A DNA stretch of 64,000 bases from Eledone cirrhosa (taxonomy: Eukaryota), in NCBI GenBank assembly GCA_964016885.1, contig OZ024746.1, positions 25,110,001-25,174,000 on the forward strand, written 5' to 3'. Below are positions 40,006 to 52,800 of the stretch, piece by piece (position 1 is the stretch's first letter; every line of letters starts with the position of its first letter). The position numbers and the translations under genes were made by a program. The notes below the pieces were generated by a model. It was not told where the DNA came from and did no database searches. It worked only from the letters and a program-made list of their open reading frames with translations.

Positions 40006-40462
40006 TTCAACTGTCAACAATCATGAAAGGATAAAGCTGGCATGTAACCCCCGGCACTTTCCATGTAAAGTTTGTGGAGATCTTGCATCTGGTATACATT
40101 ATGGCCACTTCATTTGCGAAGGCTGTAAAGGGTTCTATCAACGGAGCATACGCAAGAAAATGGTTTATTTGTGCATCAGCAAAAATTGTATCATCAATAA
40201 GTTTACAAGGACACGCTGTGCCTATTGCAGGCTGCAAAAATGTTTGACTCTTGGCATGTCAAAAGAAGCTTGTAGGAAGGGTCGGCGAACAAAGGAAAAG
40301 CAAATGAGATTGATGAACCAACCCCGTGAGGTAGTTAATATATATGAGGAATATAGGAATCCAAACCCTACAGCTAAAGAGTGGATCAATACAGCACCAC
40401 GAAAAGAGCCATCAAGAGAACCAGTGGAATATATTGAAGACGCTGATCAGCCTAAAATGTAA
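40006..40462 (+). CDS. Multi-DBD gene exon 6 (DBD14, canonical CEGCKG P-box); ends either at TAA 40460-62 or at a splice donor at 40459
   Basis: Acceptor ttttcAG, phase 2. [75 protein letters not shown]. Confidence 0.88.
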
Positions 40463-42422
40463 GTTGTTTTTATAATCTATATTTATGAATGTGGCTGAGT
40501 GGTTAGAGAATTGGATTCACAATCTTGAGGTTGTGAGTTCGATTCCTGGACCGGGCGATGCGTTATGTCCTTGAGCAAGACACTTTATTTCATGTTGCTC
40601 CTTCTACCTGGAGTTGCGACCGATAGATAGTACTAGCAACTGGAAAGACCAACGGAAACATTGTTTCCTCGGTCCGATTTGACGAATGTCGATCGATCCT
40701 TAATTTATGAGAAATACATATTTTTAAAAGATGTGTTAGGAAGGGCATCCTATCATAGAAATCTTGCTGAAATATGGAACTTTTAAGCAAGATGTGGTTC
40801 TCTGACCTGCCTAGTCTTAGACCATGATGACCTGTCCAACACATGACAGCATGGAAAGTGGATGTAAAATGATGATGACTTATTTTTAAAAATGTTTTTA
40901 TATTATGTATTTTGTGAATGAAAGGACAAGCATTTAAAGCCATTTTTATTAACAAAAGCAGGAGTTAATTTTGCAAGCCCTATGACAAGCTTCTCCATTT
41001 TGCCCTCATGTCTGCATCACCCCTCATCAACCCCTAGCTTTCATTTCTTCTTCCATTGTCTTTAACCTATATCTTTGTTGGTCTTCTCCTTCCTCTACCA
41101 TCCACCACATTGAATGAGATCAATAAATCATTGTTTCTGCCTATGTTGAAGTTCTGACTGATAAGACAGTATTGGGATTTTGTCTGAATATAGGTCAATT
41201 AGAATATAGATCAACCACAAGGTGTCAGTTAATTTATGGAAAGCTCTACAACTGAACATGTTACCAATGTTATTTCTTACTAAAAATTAAACTCTCTAAG
41301 TCTACATTTGTTGAAAAAAATATGTGTAGACATGGCTATGTAGTTAAGATGTTTGGTTCACAACCATGTGATTTTTGGTTTGATCCCACTGGGTACCATT
41401 TTGGACAAGTATTTTCTGCTATAAGATTGGATTGACAAATACCTGGTGAGGAGAATTTAATAGACAGAAATTGAGTGGTAGCCTATCATATATATATATT
41501 TAAATGTCCATACAAATCTAGTATGCCATGACAGACTGGAAGTATCTATCACTTCTTACAGTTAAGAAACAAAACAGACAGAGATAAATGAATATGAAAA
41601 TTAAAAGAAAAAATTTAAATAGGGAAGACCAAGCATAAAAAAGATTTTTACAAGTGGAAAACAAGGGAAGCTGTAAAGCAGCTAAAAGTTTCTGTTCTTT
41701 AATATTTTCCTAACCTCCATGTACTCAAAGATTTTATTTATAGTTGATAGATCTTTTACAATATATTGTATCTCCAATCTTGGTAGTTTTATAATATATC
41801 ATCATCAATATCATCATCATCATTTAATATCTTATTTTCCTGCCAGCAAGCATTGATCGGGTCTGCATAGACCAAGTCAGTACTGAGGTAGGCAGGGCTT
41901 CTGACCTCCCAGATAGGCTGGGAGGTCTGCATCTCACATACATATGGTCTGACATTCTACCGTGTGCACATGAGAGGTTGACACAACTGAAGTGTTCGCC
42001 CAACCATTTGTTTGGCAAGCTTTCTACGACTGGATGCCTTTCCTATCACCAACCATTTTACAGCGTATATTGTGTGCGTTTATCGTGTAGATCACCAACA
42101 ATAGGGAGGATGTCATGCCCTTGACACAATATAACACAATAAAACTTTCCTGATGAAACAATTCTAGTCTTGTAGAAGTCATTTCTGTATGAAATAAATA
42201 TAAAGAATGATATTCAGGTCCCCCTTCCATCACTACCTCATTATCTAATCTCCCTCCCTTGCCTAGTTATCCCCTCACACACATGATCTGGCCATTTCTT
42301 CCCACATCCCGTTGTCTTCCTCTCCACCATGATTTCCAGTTCCTAGAGCCACCAAATGTCTGCCTGAACTATTAAGACTAAACTTAGAAATCTGAAATGG
42401 TTTTAATACCCTATTTTTCTAG

Positions 42423-42543
42423 GGATATAGCTTTATTTACAATTTCAAATCCAATAATTGTCTCTACTTTAGGCACAAGGCCAGCAATTACCCAGTGCAT
42501 TACTGGTACTTTATTTTATCGACATCCAATAATGTTGGCTTGA
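42423..42543 (+). CDS. Possible short terminal exon 7 of the multi-DBD gene
   Basis: Acceptor ctatttttctAG fits the phase-2 donor at 40459. Open to TGA at 42541-43, followed by AT-rich sequence with AATAAA at 43087. No homology support. Confidence 0.25.
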
Positions 42544-45500
42544 ATCAATTTCAGTGGTCGTAATATGAACTCAGTCTCAGAAAATGTATCACTATGAAAC
42601 GGACAGGCTGTAATATGAAGCTTTATAATTCAAGATACTTTTATATCAATTAGTGATTTTCTAAAGAAAAAAAAAAAGGAGACTCATGAGGAAAAAAGTT
42701 TTAAAAACCCTGGTTTAAAGTTTTGGACCAGTGTGTATGCCTTCGATCTGTCCAACACAACTAACCCTTTTCTAATGTTTCTGCTTATAACAAATTATTA
42801 TGATAAAATTAATAATTTAAAAGATTTGCCAAAGAATTTTTATATTTTGAGAATTATTTGATGTGAAGAAGTTTGAAACATTTGCCCGTATATTCCTTAT
42901 GTAACATTTAGAGGCTTTGCAGCAGAAATACCTTAATATTTTTTATTACAAATCCTTGGTAAATAAGTTCAGGTGTATGTTATAATGACAATGACTTTTA
43001 AAAATTGTAAATTAAGCAATGTCTTTTTAGAGTAACTTCATAAACTGGGCTTCTTGTCTGCTATGTCTGAAACTTGCAGCTTTGCAAATAAAAGACCCTT
43101 CTTAATCTTGGATAGAATTTGATAATTTTTGAGATGCACAATGAATCAAGGATGGTTGTCTCCACTGGATTGTATTTCCATTGAGAAATAGACACTGGTC
43201 AATTTAGAATGACAAAAATAATTACACAAGCTATTAGAGGTATTTGCCATAAAACCAAAATGTTTGTGTAACCCATGCCAGTATAGAAACTGGTACATTA
43301 CTACACCAGCTCCTGCAATTCTTTGGATATGTTTCAATAATTTAACTGTACTCAACATTTTACACACTATTTCCTCTCTACATAAAAGAATTAATTACAT
43401 TTAATTATTTATTTATGTTGCTACCACAATGTAATTATCTCTTGCAATCCTGTACCACATGAAATCCCATCAGCAAGACATTCTTAAAAAGCATATAACA
43501 GCATCTGAGAGACCGATAGCTCTGCTAGAGTACTGACTCGGTTTTTGAAGGTCTGTCCAACCCATGCTAGCAGGGAAAACGGAGATTGAATGATGATGGT
43601 GATGATATATGTATTAAAACTGAGGTGTTGGTACCTCTTGTGTTTCAATTTCTGGTGTGTGTGTATGTGCATGTGTGTTGGACCTTCGATAGTTGCAATG
43701 ATTAGTGTTCCAGCTGTTCAAACAATGGAACAGCCTGCTCATGAAATTAACATGCAAGTGGCTGAGCATTCCACAGACACTTGTACCCTTAACATAATTT
43801 ACAGGGAGGTTCAGCATGACCCAGTTTGTAGCAAGGCTGGTCCTTTAAATTACAGATGTAGTCAATTTGCTGGGTATCCAAACATGGAACAACAACTAAG
43901 TTGCATTGATTAATTGATCTTAGTATATTTCTTAGATTTATTGTTGTGACGGGTTAGGCAGGTAAAATTGGTAGCGGTGTTTCATTGGTGACAGTGGTGG
44001 TTGTGGTGATGGGGAGTTGCAATGGTGTTGATGGTGGTGGTTGTAGTCGTGGCAGTGACAGTGTTGTTGTTAATGATGATGATGACTGATGATAATTGTT
44101 GTTTGTAAAGACCATCTATTTCAAAACAATTAGGATACATCATTATCATCATGAATTTTGTTTCCTTTTCCACACTATGGAAACTTTTTCACCCTTTAAA
44201 CACCAGCATGCCCCAAATCAGTTCTATTTAAGTGTTCAAATTTAAATTTAAATGCTGGATTGAAATCTCATTATCACATGACAAAAAACATTAGCTTTCA
44301 GTAATTAATAATAAGGAACGGCTGAAAAGTTCATAGGCTGGCTAAGATACTCTCATGGAATAACCAAATGAGGTTTATTTTTCAACATATTCCCTGGAAA
44401 GGTCCTTGATTGATAGCAGAATGGAGGTCATCGGACTTTAATATTTTTACTCAATGATTAAAAATGTAAATATAGTAAAATCTTTCTCCTACCTCAAAAT
44501 TGCTAATCTTGTGCCAATGTTAGAAAGAATTATTTCATTACTTTAAGAAATACTTTTGTCTCAAATCTTATCTTAAGATATCAAACTAAAGTACTTCTGC
44601 TGAAATTCAAGGAAGTAACACAATAGCCACTTACCATGTTTTTCATCGCTTCCTTCAATGTATTAACATAGCCAATGATACACATAAACGCACTCACACA
44701 CACACAGATTTGCAAACATAAGAATAAGTAGATTTTATATATATGTGTGTGTGTACAGGTATCCACCTATTTATGGTAGGGCTGACAACGTTGTTAGAAC
44801 TCAATGCAGCCTTGAAGAGATGGTTTCAACAAGATTAGGCAGTGGGATATGTAGTTTTTGTAGTAGGCTCTCAGTGCATAAGGTTCCTTCAAAGATTCTA
44901 CTCAAGCAACAGTGTCAAGCAATAGTTCATTGTTTTACCATCGTTTCAGAGGTTTGATTGACCATGGTAGATCCATATATAGACTAGCAGATAGTGGTTG
45001 TCACTATCTATTTCTAGTCTCAAAATCCCTGATCTGAGGAAATAATCGTAAAACAATTACCTATTTAAGAACCTATCTTCGACTTCTGTTTTATTTTTAT
45101 TGTTCAATACACACACACATACGAATGAGATATTACTAATTAAGACTAGTAAGACCAATATTTAACTTAGTACTTTATACTTGAGGAAAGTGTAGGTAAT
45201 CCCGTCGATAAAATAAAGTACCAGTAATGCACTGGAATAATTGCTGGCCTTGTGTCAAAAGTAGAAACAACAATAATAATAACGATTTCTACTATAGGCA
45301 CAAGGCCAGCAATTTTGGGGGGTGCACCAGTCGATAAAATAAGCCCCAGTAATGCACTGTGCATTACTGGTGTTTTATTTTATCGACCCAGTAAGAATGA
45401 AAGGGAGAGCTAACCTCGCCGGAATTTGAACTCAGAACGTTAAAGTCCGTAACTCTATGCCACAAAGCATGTTGTCCAACGCTCTACCGATACTGCCAAT

Positions 45501-46695
45501 ATAATGATAATATTTGATGTGTTCAAAAAATATTTGTAAACACCAAAGTACATATGGGCAATGTCTTCTACTATAGTTTCGGGTTGACCAATGCCTTGTG
45601 AGTGGAATTTGGTAGACTGAAATTGCAACCAACACATACTCCATGAAGCTTGTCATATATGTATGTGTTCATGTCTATATTTACCTTTGTGTCTGTGTAA
45701 GTGTTTATGTCCGCCGTAACTTAGTGGTTTGACAAAAAAATAGATCAATGAAATGTACTAGACCTGAAAAAATAAGTAAAAGGAAGTCGATAAGATTGAC
45801 TAAATTTGTTCAAAGTGAAACCAGTAAAAGAATAAAAGTATATGTAAAACCCAGACAAACATGTGTTGTGTACGTGTATGTATATATGTTTGTGTGTATG
45901 CATGTATGTTTTTATGTTGATGTATGTTATATGTGTTATGTTTATTTTATGTGTGTATGAATATTATGTATGTATGTTATATGAGTGTGTGTGTGTGTGT
46001 GTGTGTATTTCATGTATGTCAGTCAGTCATTGCTGTAATGGATCTGCTTCCTACACCTTCCAGATTTACATACCAAATAACCCGATGACCATATAATTAA
46101 AATACAGCTTTCTTTCCTCGTCTATTATAGCTTAAGGTGGTGGTGGCGGTAGTTCTTGGTAGAGATGCTGGTGATAATGGTGGTGGGGATGATGATGATG
46201 ATGGTGGGGGGTGATAGGATGGTAGTGATGGGGGTTGATCACGGTGATAGTGGTGATGATGATGGTCGGAGGGTGTAAACAAAAGATCTTGGTTGGACAG
46301 CGGTAATGTATTAACTTGCCACTCTAGCTGTTGACCCTGTCACACTGTAACCCTCAAACAACTTTATGTTAATTAGAACACAACTAAACTATAAATATCC
46401 CCTGTGTAGTTGTAAAGTCAACCATTTATTGTTTATATAGTCTCTCTTCTCTTTTCTGGCCACTTTTACTTCCCCCTCTCTCTGTCATTTTAATTTCAAC
46501 CATTAACTCAAGATGATAAATGAGCAGCTCTGCCCCCCATCCTACCCTCATCTCTCCAGTAAAGCAACTAGGAGCCTCTCACAAGAAATTTAATCACAAT
46601 TAAAAGTACATAAATGTAGGTCTGCACATCGAACAGTGATGAGATTCCATCTATGCCAACCTCTAAAACAGATGACATACAAAGAAAAAACAAAA

Positions 46696-47151
46696 TCTAA
46701 ACTATAATAAAGTAAAGAGTGCGGGACTGCGGACGGTTTATTTCTTTTAATCCAGTTAGTAAAATAAGTTAGATTACTTTGAATAAGTAATGAATGAATA
46801 TTACATAATGTATCTACTAAATTTCGTAGCTGTTGATTAAACATATTTTATTCCTTATTTAAAGATTCACTTTAAAATTTTCAAATGTCAACACTTCTGG
46901 TTAACGATCGCTTAAATAAACATTCATATATTTCCGTCACTAATTTTCTCCTAATGCAGTTTAAATATAATATCGTCTTTTTTTAATGTATAATGGATTA
47001 CGTTACTGATTACATAAGAGACTGTAACGTAGTCTGCGTTCAATTTCTGTGTATATTGTCAATTACGATTTTATTTGTTGTATCAAATCTACATGTATAT
47101 ATACTCGCGTATAATATACGCGAGTATATATAAGGGTGGTTTTTCTGCTAG
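46696..47151 (+). mobile_element. Non-autonomous Helitron (family 2)
   Basis: A|TCTAAACTATAATAAAG ... gggtggtttttctgCTAG|T; homologous to the inverted copy at 58806-59486. Confidence 0.78.
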
Positions 47152-48067
47152 TATATTTAATAACGATTATAATATTCTAAATTTTGACACAAATGCCGTT
47201 TCATAGCTATCATGCATCCTTTAAGGCCTCCATGCTTCCCGAGATCCGCCAACAGAACATCTAACGCATACACACATGTACTTCCCTGACATTTGTGTAT
47301 TATTCTATGTACTATATTGACGAGTTGTAGTGCACCTGAGCACTTTACACAATAATTTCATTATTATTATTATTATTGTGTCCTTGAAGAAGACACTATT
47401 TCACGTTGCTTAAGTCCCCTCAACTGTAGAAATGAGTTGTGACTTCACTGGTCGGCATTTGTCTACCACTTGGACAACATCTGTGGAGTGTAGAGAGGTG
47501 ACAGGTATGCATTGGCAATTGCTGGCCTTCCACAAACAACTCTTCCCGGACTTATGCCTCAGAGGGGAACTTTCTAGGTTCAAATCCTATGGTCTTCGTG
47601 ACTGAAGGGGTCTTTATATATATATATATATAATCAGGTAAATTTATAGAAAAACACTGGGGTTCTTGTGGTAGTGGTGGGGTTCCTGGTTTCAACTAAT
47701 CTGATCTTCAAGTCCCTCGTAATAGACACCCCATTGTCGAAAACAAATGGGGAGGAGGGAAAACCTGAAAGGTTTCTTTGGTGACCCCCCCCCCTTTTTT
47801 TTCTATGCGTTTTCGTTTGTTTTTCAATGAATCTGACATTCAATTCACTCGCAAACGACTCCTTTTCCGAAAAGGCAGAGGGAAGGGGATTCTCATAATT
47901 ACAGATAAACACTTTTTTGCCATTTTGCTGGGGTTCTGTGAGAAATTTTTTCTTCCCTAGGTTTTTACATGCTTTTTCAACTAATCTGATCTCCACCCTC
48001 AGTACAAAGGCTCACATACACGCACACGCACACACGAATGAATGTGTGTGTGAGTATATGTATGTGA

Positions 48068-48107
<40 letters not shown>

Positions 48108-49170
48108 TCACATACATATACTCACACACACACACTGGACGTAAAACGGTGATGATGATGATGATGATGATGATGATATACAAAATCAACGCAACAAATC
48201 ATATATTACAATGCTTGCACGCACATTCACACAGGCATTCAAACAACACGATATACATATATATATATGTGTGTAAACACATACGGAAATACCGATTTAT
48301 GAAAATGAAACCATGAGGCCCTTCTGATACAAGAACGAAACGAATGGATTGAAAATACACCATATCTTCTCAAAAGAAATGATAGCCAGAAAAGTTTATA
48401 GAGAACTGTCAAGAAATGTTTGAAACCAGAATGTAATCGGACGAAATAGCTTGGCAGTTTAGCAACATAATTCTATGAGAAATTGTAGAAACTGAATTTC
48501 ATAGCGGCGATAGCACAGAGAGTCCTTCTTAAGTTTCCCGTTTTTTTCCCTCTCTTCTTTTATTTAAACATTGCCTTTCTCCCTTCCCTTCCTCTAAACA
48601 TTTTCCTTACTTTCGTTATTTAATTGTTTTCCTTTTTTTCTTCTTTTTGTTATTGCAAACATTATATAACCGAATTGAAATTTGTTGAATAAAGTATACA
48701 TAATTATATATGATCTAATTCACCCCGACACATTCACATACATTTACACAGACTCGGCTTAACACCCCCCCCCCCCCCCTCTTCATAACACCCAGTATGT
48801 TACTCGTCAGTTTAAAATAATCATTGAAATATTTCGTCAGCAGTTGCTGCAGTCTCTCATTCATTCAACACCTTTTGTTCGATACTCCAGTTAGTTTACT
48901 ATTTACCCATACACACAATTACATATAATTCAACCAGACACAATAACTTGGTATTCACCCGTACACACACTACTTACAATTCACGCGGATACGATATTAG
49001 TCTTGTAAACCAGATCTCTCTTTAATCAAATTCTCATTCATTTCAAACATGGATTAACATTTATTTTGCTTTAAATTTCTCACTCTTTTTATCATATTAA
49101 TAACATAACTATCTCAATCCGTATCTTATCGTCTCTCTGTATTTTATAGCTATCTGTCTGTCTATCTATA

Positions 49171-49209
<39 letters not shown>

Positions 49210-49420
49210 TCTACTATACGTATAACCTCATATACAAGCACACATAACAAACACACACACACACACGTATATATATATATATACATACACATCACACGTA
49301 CATACATATACACATCTAGCCATCTCTCAATAGATCTATCCATCCATTCTCTCTCTCCACACACGCACGCCGTGTTCGTAGAACTGTATTAATCAATAGA
49401 GTAGCACATCCATTGTGACA

Positions 49421-49500
49421 ATGGGATCAATATTGAGTACTACAGTGTTTACTTCGGACCTCGAAGATGTTGATGCCGTCATACACGATGGAGGAGAGAC
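49421..49500 (+). CDS. SCLY: Selenocysteine lyase exon 1 (MGSILSTTVFTSDLEDVDAVIHDGGET)
   Basis: Strong start context acaATGG. Donor GTAAGT at 49501 in phase 2, as exon 2 requires. Confidence 0.65.
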
Positions 49501-49549
49501 GTAAGTCGCTTTCTAAAAACATTCATTCCATCTTCATATTATCAACCGC

Positions 49550-49822
49550 AACCGCCGCCAACAACAGCATCATCATCATCATCATCATCACCACCATCAC
49601 ACACAACACTAACACCACCATCATTGCAATCACCATCACAACCACTAACAACAACCCCACCATCATTCCCACTATCACCATACAGCAACACTAACACCAT
49701 CACCAACAACAACCCCACCATTATTGCAGCTATCACCATCACAACCAACAACAACACTAACAGCAACACCACCACCAACAACAACGCACATCACCGCCAC
49801 ATCTCTTTCACCACCACCACCA
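49550..49822 (+). repeat. Compound (CAT/CAC/CAA)n trinucleotide tract at the start of SCLY intron 1
   Basis: Direct reading. Confidence 0.85.
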
Positions 49823-52800
49823 GGTTTTGAATTCCTGAAGAATATATTGTTTTTGCTGTTAATTGTTGTGTGAGAGACAATAATGGAGTGGCGTTAAGTT
49901 CCCGGTATCACCTTAGTGAAACTCCCCCTCCTCCACGACTTTGTTCCTTCATAACTTTCTTCAGATATACATTTTCCATAGTGTAAATTACGATTATGTT
50001 GATGGAATTTAAAAGAAACTTTTTTTTTATTTTTACAATTTAGAGTTGTAGAAATTACATGACTTTCCAGTATAAAATTTGACATTGATACTACTCATTA
50101 TCAACTTAAAATTGGAAAGCATGATGAACACAATTTCCTAATTTATGTTTAGCTTACTACAAACAAATGCAAAGTATTCAATAAACGAAAGCATTAATGT
50201 TGGAGGAACTACGTATACAATAATTGTTTCTACTTTTGGCACAAGGCCAGCAAATCAACCAGTACATTACTGGTACTTTATTTTATCGACGCCCGTATGG
50301 ATGAAAGGCAAAGTTAACCTCGGCGGGATTTGAACTCAGATCGTAAAGAGACGTAACTATGCTGGAAAGCATGTCCGACCATCTACCGATACTGCCAATT
50401 CACCACAATAATGAAAGTATTTTTTTTTTATATATTTAAATTAAAATATCAAAATAATCGTAATTTATATCATGAGGAAAGTCTCTGCTAAATTTCATTT
50501 AAAACTGAATATCAAGCCTTGTGTTTATAGTAAAAATTACGATATGTTAAATGCTGAAGATTCATTCTTTTCCCCTTTCAAAACTACTTCAATTCACTCA
50601 ACCCAATGAAAGAACCTCGACCTGTGAAAACAGCAGCTAAAACGAGGATAACACATAAGAACAAACACACACACACACCTTCATGGTACGTGGTTAGCTT
50701 TCTCACGATACTGGTGCCACAATGAAAAGCACCCAGTCAACTCTATAAAGTAGTCATACTGATGCAACAATGAAAAGCAGCAGTCCACTCTAATGTTAGC
50801 ATTAGGAACTACACCCCAAAAAATGTCGCATGAGCAAGCAATGGTCACCTGACCTGTCTAGTCTTATAATGTGGTAACTCATCTAACCCATGCAAGCATG
50901 GAAAATAGACTTTAAACAGTGATGATGATGATATGTGTGTGTTTGAATTGTTGCATGATAGTGAGGTGTGGACCATGAATGCAGAAGAACAGTTAAAAAG
51001 AAATGAAGCATGCATACTTTGCTGGATGTGTAATGTTTAATGTGCATGAGCAAAAGAGCACATGTGAGTTAATAGAAAAGCTAAGTATAAAAGGAATCAG
51101 ATGTAGTGTGGATGAGAGAAAGATGCTTGCACTGATATAGATATGTGATGTGTAAGAAGAGAGAGTTTGGAAAAATCATGTAGAGTGCTTAAAGTAAGTG
51201 GAGCCTCTGTGTGTGTGAGAGAGAGAGCAAGGAAAACAGGATTTAGTTGTGAAGAATGGCCTCAAGAAACTGAACACTCCTGAAGGATGTGATACAAGAT
51301 TATGTTGACTGGCAATTTGCTGTACCTGCCCATCAGTACTAGTCCTATAATGCTAAAAGTAAATGTGGTGAGGGAGTGGAGAGGTCCCTTTTAACCTAGT
51401 GTTGGTGTCACAATGGAACATACTTACCGAGGACCCTTTGGCCTTGTTGAGGACATGATATCTCTATTGTTAGTACAACAATAATTGCACCCAGTACTCT
51501 CTGTAAAGTTATTGGTGATCAAACAGAGACAATATAGGACAGAGAGGTCTCTTCAGTTTTGCTGAGTACATAACAACCTCACTAGTACTGAGGTCATAAA
51601 TTGCACCCTGTACATTCTGCAAAGTGGTTGATGCAATGAAGGACATCTAGCCATAGAAATCACGCCAAATATGGAACATATGTTCATAATATGGTTCTTC
51701 AACTAGTCTAGTCTTGGACTGTAACAATCCATCCAACCGATGCCAGCATGGAAAGTAGATATAAAATGATGAGTTTCACTCTACCAAATTTAACTCAGAA
51801 TACATTCATAAATCCAAAGCTAAAATAGAAAACTGTTTCCCAAGCTGCTATGCAATGTATACTTTTCTGCTTTCACTTGTCATAAATTTGGCATGTTTTT
51901 TACTGGTTGGAAGCTCTTTTTATCACCAACGACTTTATTGAGTGTATTGGGTGCATTTTATCGGACTGCCAATACTTGAGAGGCTGTCTGTCAGGACTTA
52001 ACCATGTGTCAGTTTTTATTCAGAGTTACTCTCCTAGACATATTACTTTTACTATAGCTTACAGAGCCCACATCTCCATGCAAGTATATATTTGGAGTTA
52101 CTACTCTCCTAGATAGGTTGCCTTCACTACAGTTAAGAGAGTCTATGTCTCCACTGTGCAAGTATTTATTCAGAGTTACTGCTCTTTTAAACAAGTTGCC
52201 CTCACTGTGGCTTTGCAGTGTCCATGTACACCTTGTACATATACGCATAGAAATAATGTTGGCAACACCAGCTGCGGGAGAGGCATGTTGTAGATACAGG
52301 CAAGCAGTAGCTACAATACATTTTCACTATTGCTCTTATGGAAGATGGTGGGAGCAGGAGTCAGACAACTGGGTGCAATGCAGAGAAATGAAGTTTACTG
52401 GTATATTTTATTCAGCCAGAGAAATTATCATGTTATCCAGAACTGCTCTACAATAATTCATATTTTCTACATGACATAATTATTTTTGAAAACAAAACAG
52501 AAAATTCTAATTTGAGTTTCCATTTACCAAATTTCACTGACAAAGCCTTGGTCATCCTAAGGCTATAGAATACCACATTTACCCCAGATACCACACACTG
52601 TGGTGTGATTGAACTTGTGACCACAGGGCTGCAAAGCCAACTTCTTAACCTCACATTTAAATTTCTGCAATAATAACAGCCAACTTATGTTTTTATTACC
52701 TTATTAAGTGGCCTGTTTCTCCTTGATAACTAGATTTTCAAGGGTTACTGCTTCAGCATATGGTAATATAATCATCTCTATACATATAGTAATATAACTG

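Noticed and set aside
33232-40462. DBD11-14 as a cluster of separate small NR genes
   Set aside because: Each is bounded by splice sites with mutually compatible phases and lacks its own ATG before the domain.
40463-49420. Ligand-binding-domain exons downstream of DBD14
   Set aside because: By eye there are only repeats and AT-rich sequence, with no LBD signature; very small divergent exons cannot be excluded without an HMM search or RNA data.
49467-49694. ORF-track ATG 49467 as the SCLY start
   Set aside because: It gives phase 1 at the 49501 donor; exon 2 needs phase 2, which ATG 49421 provides.
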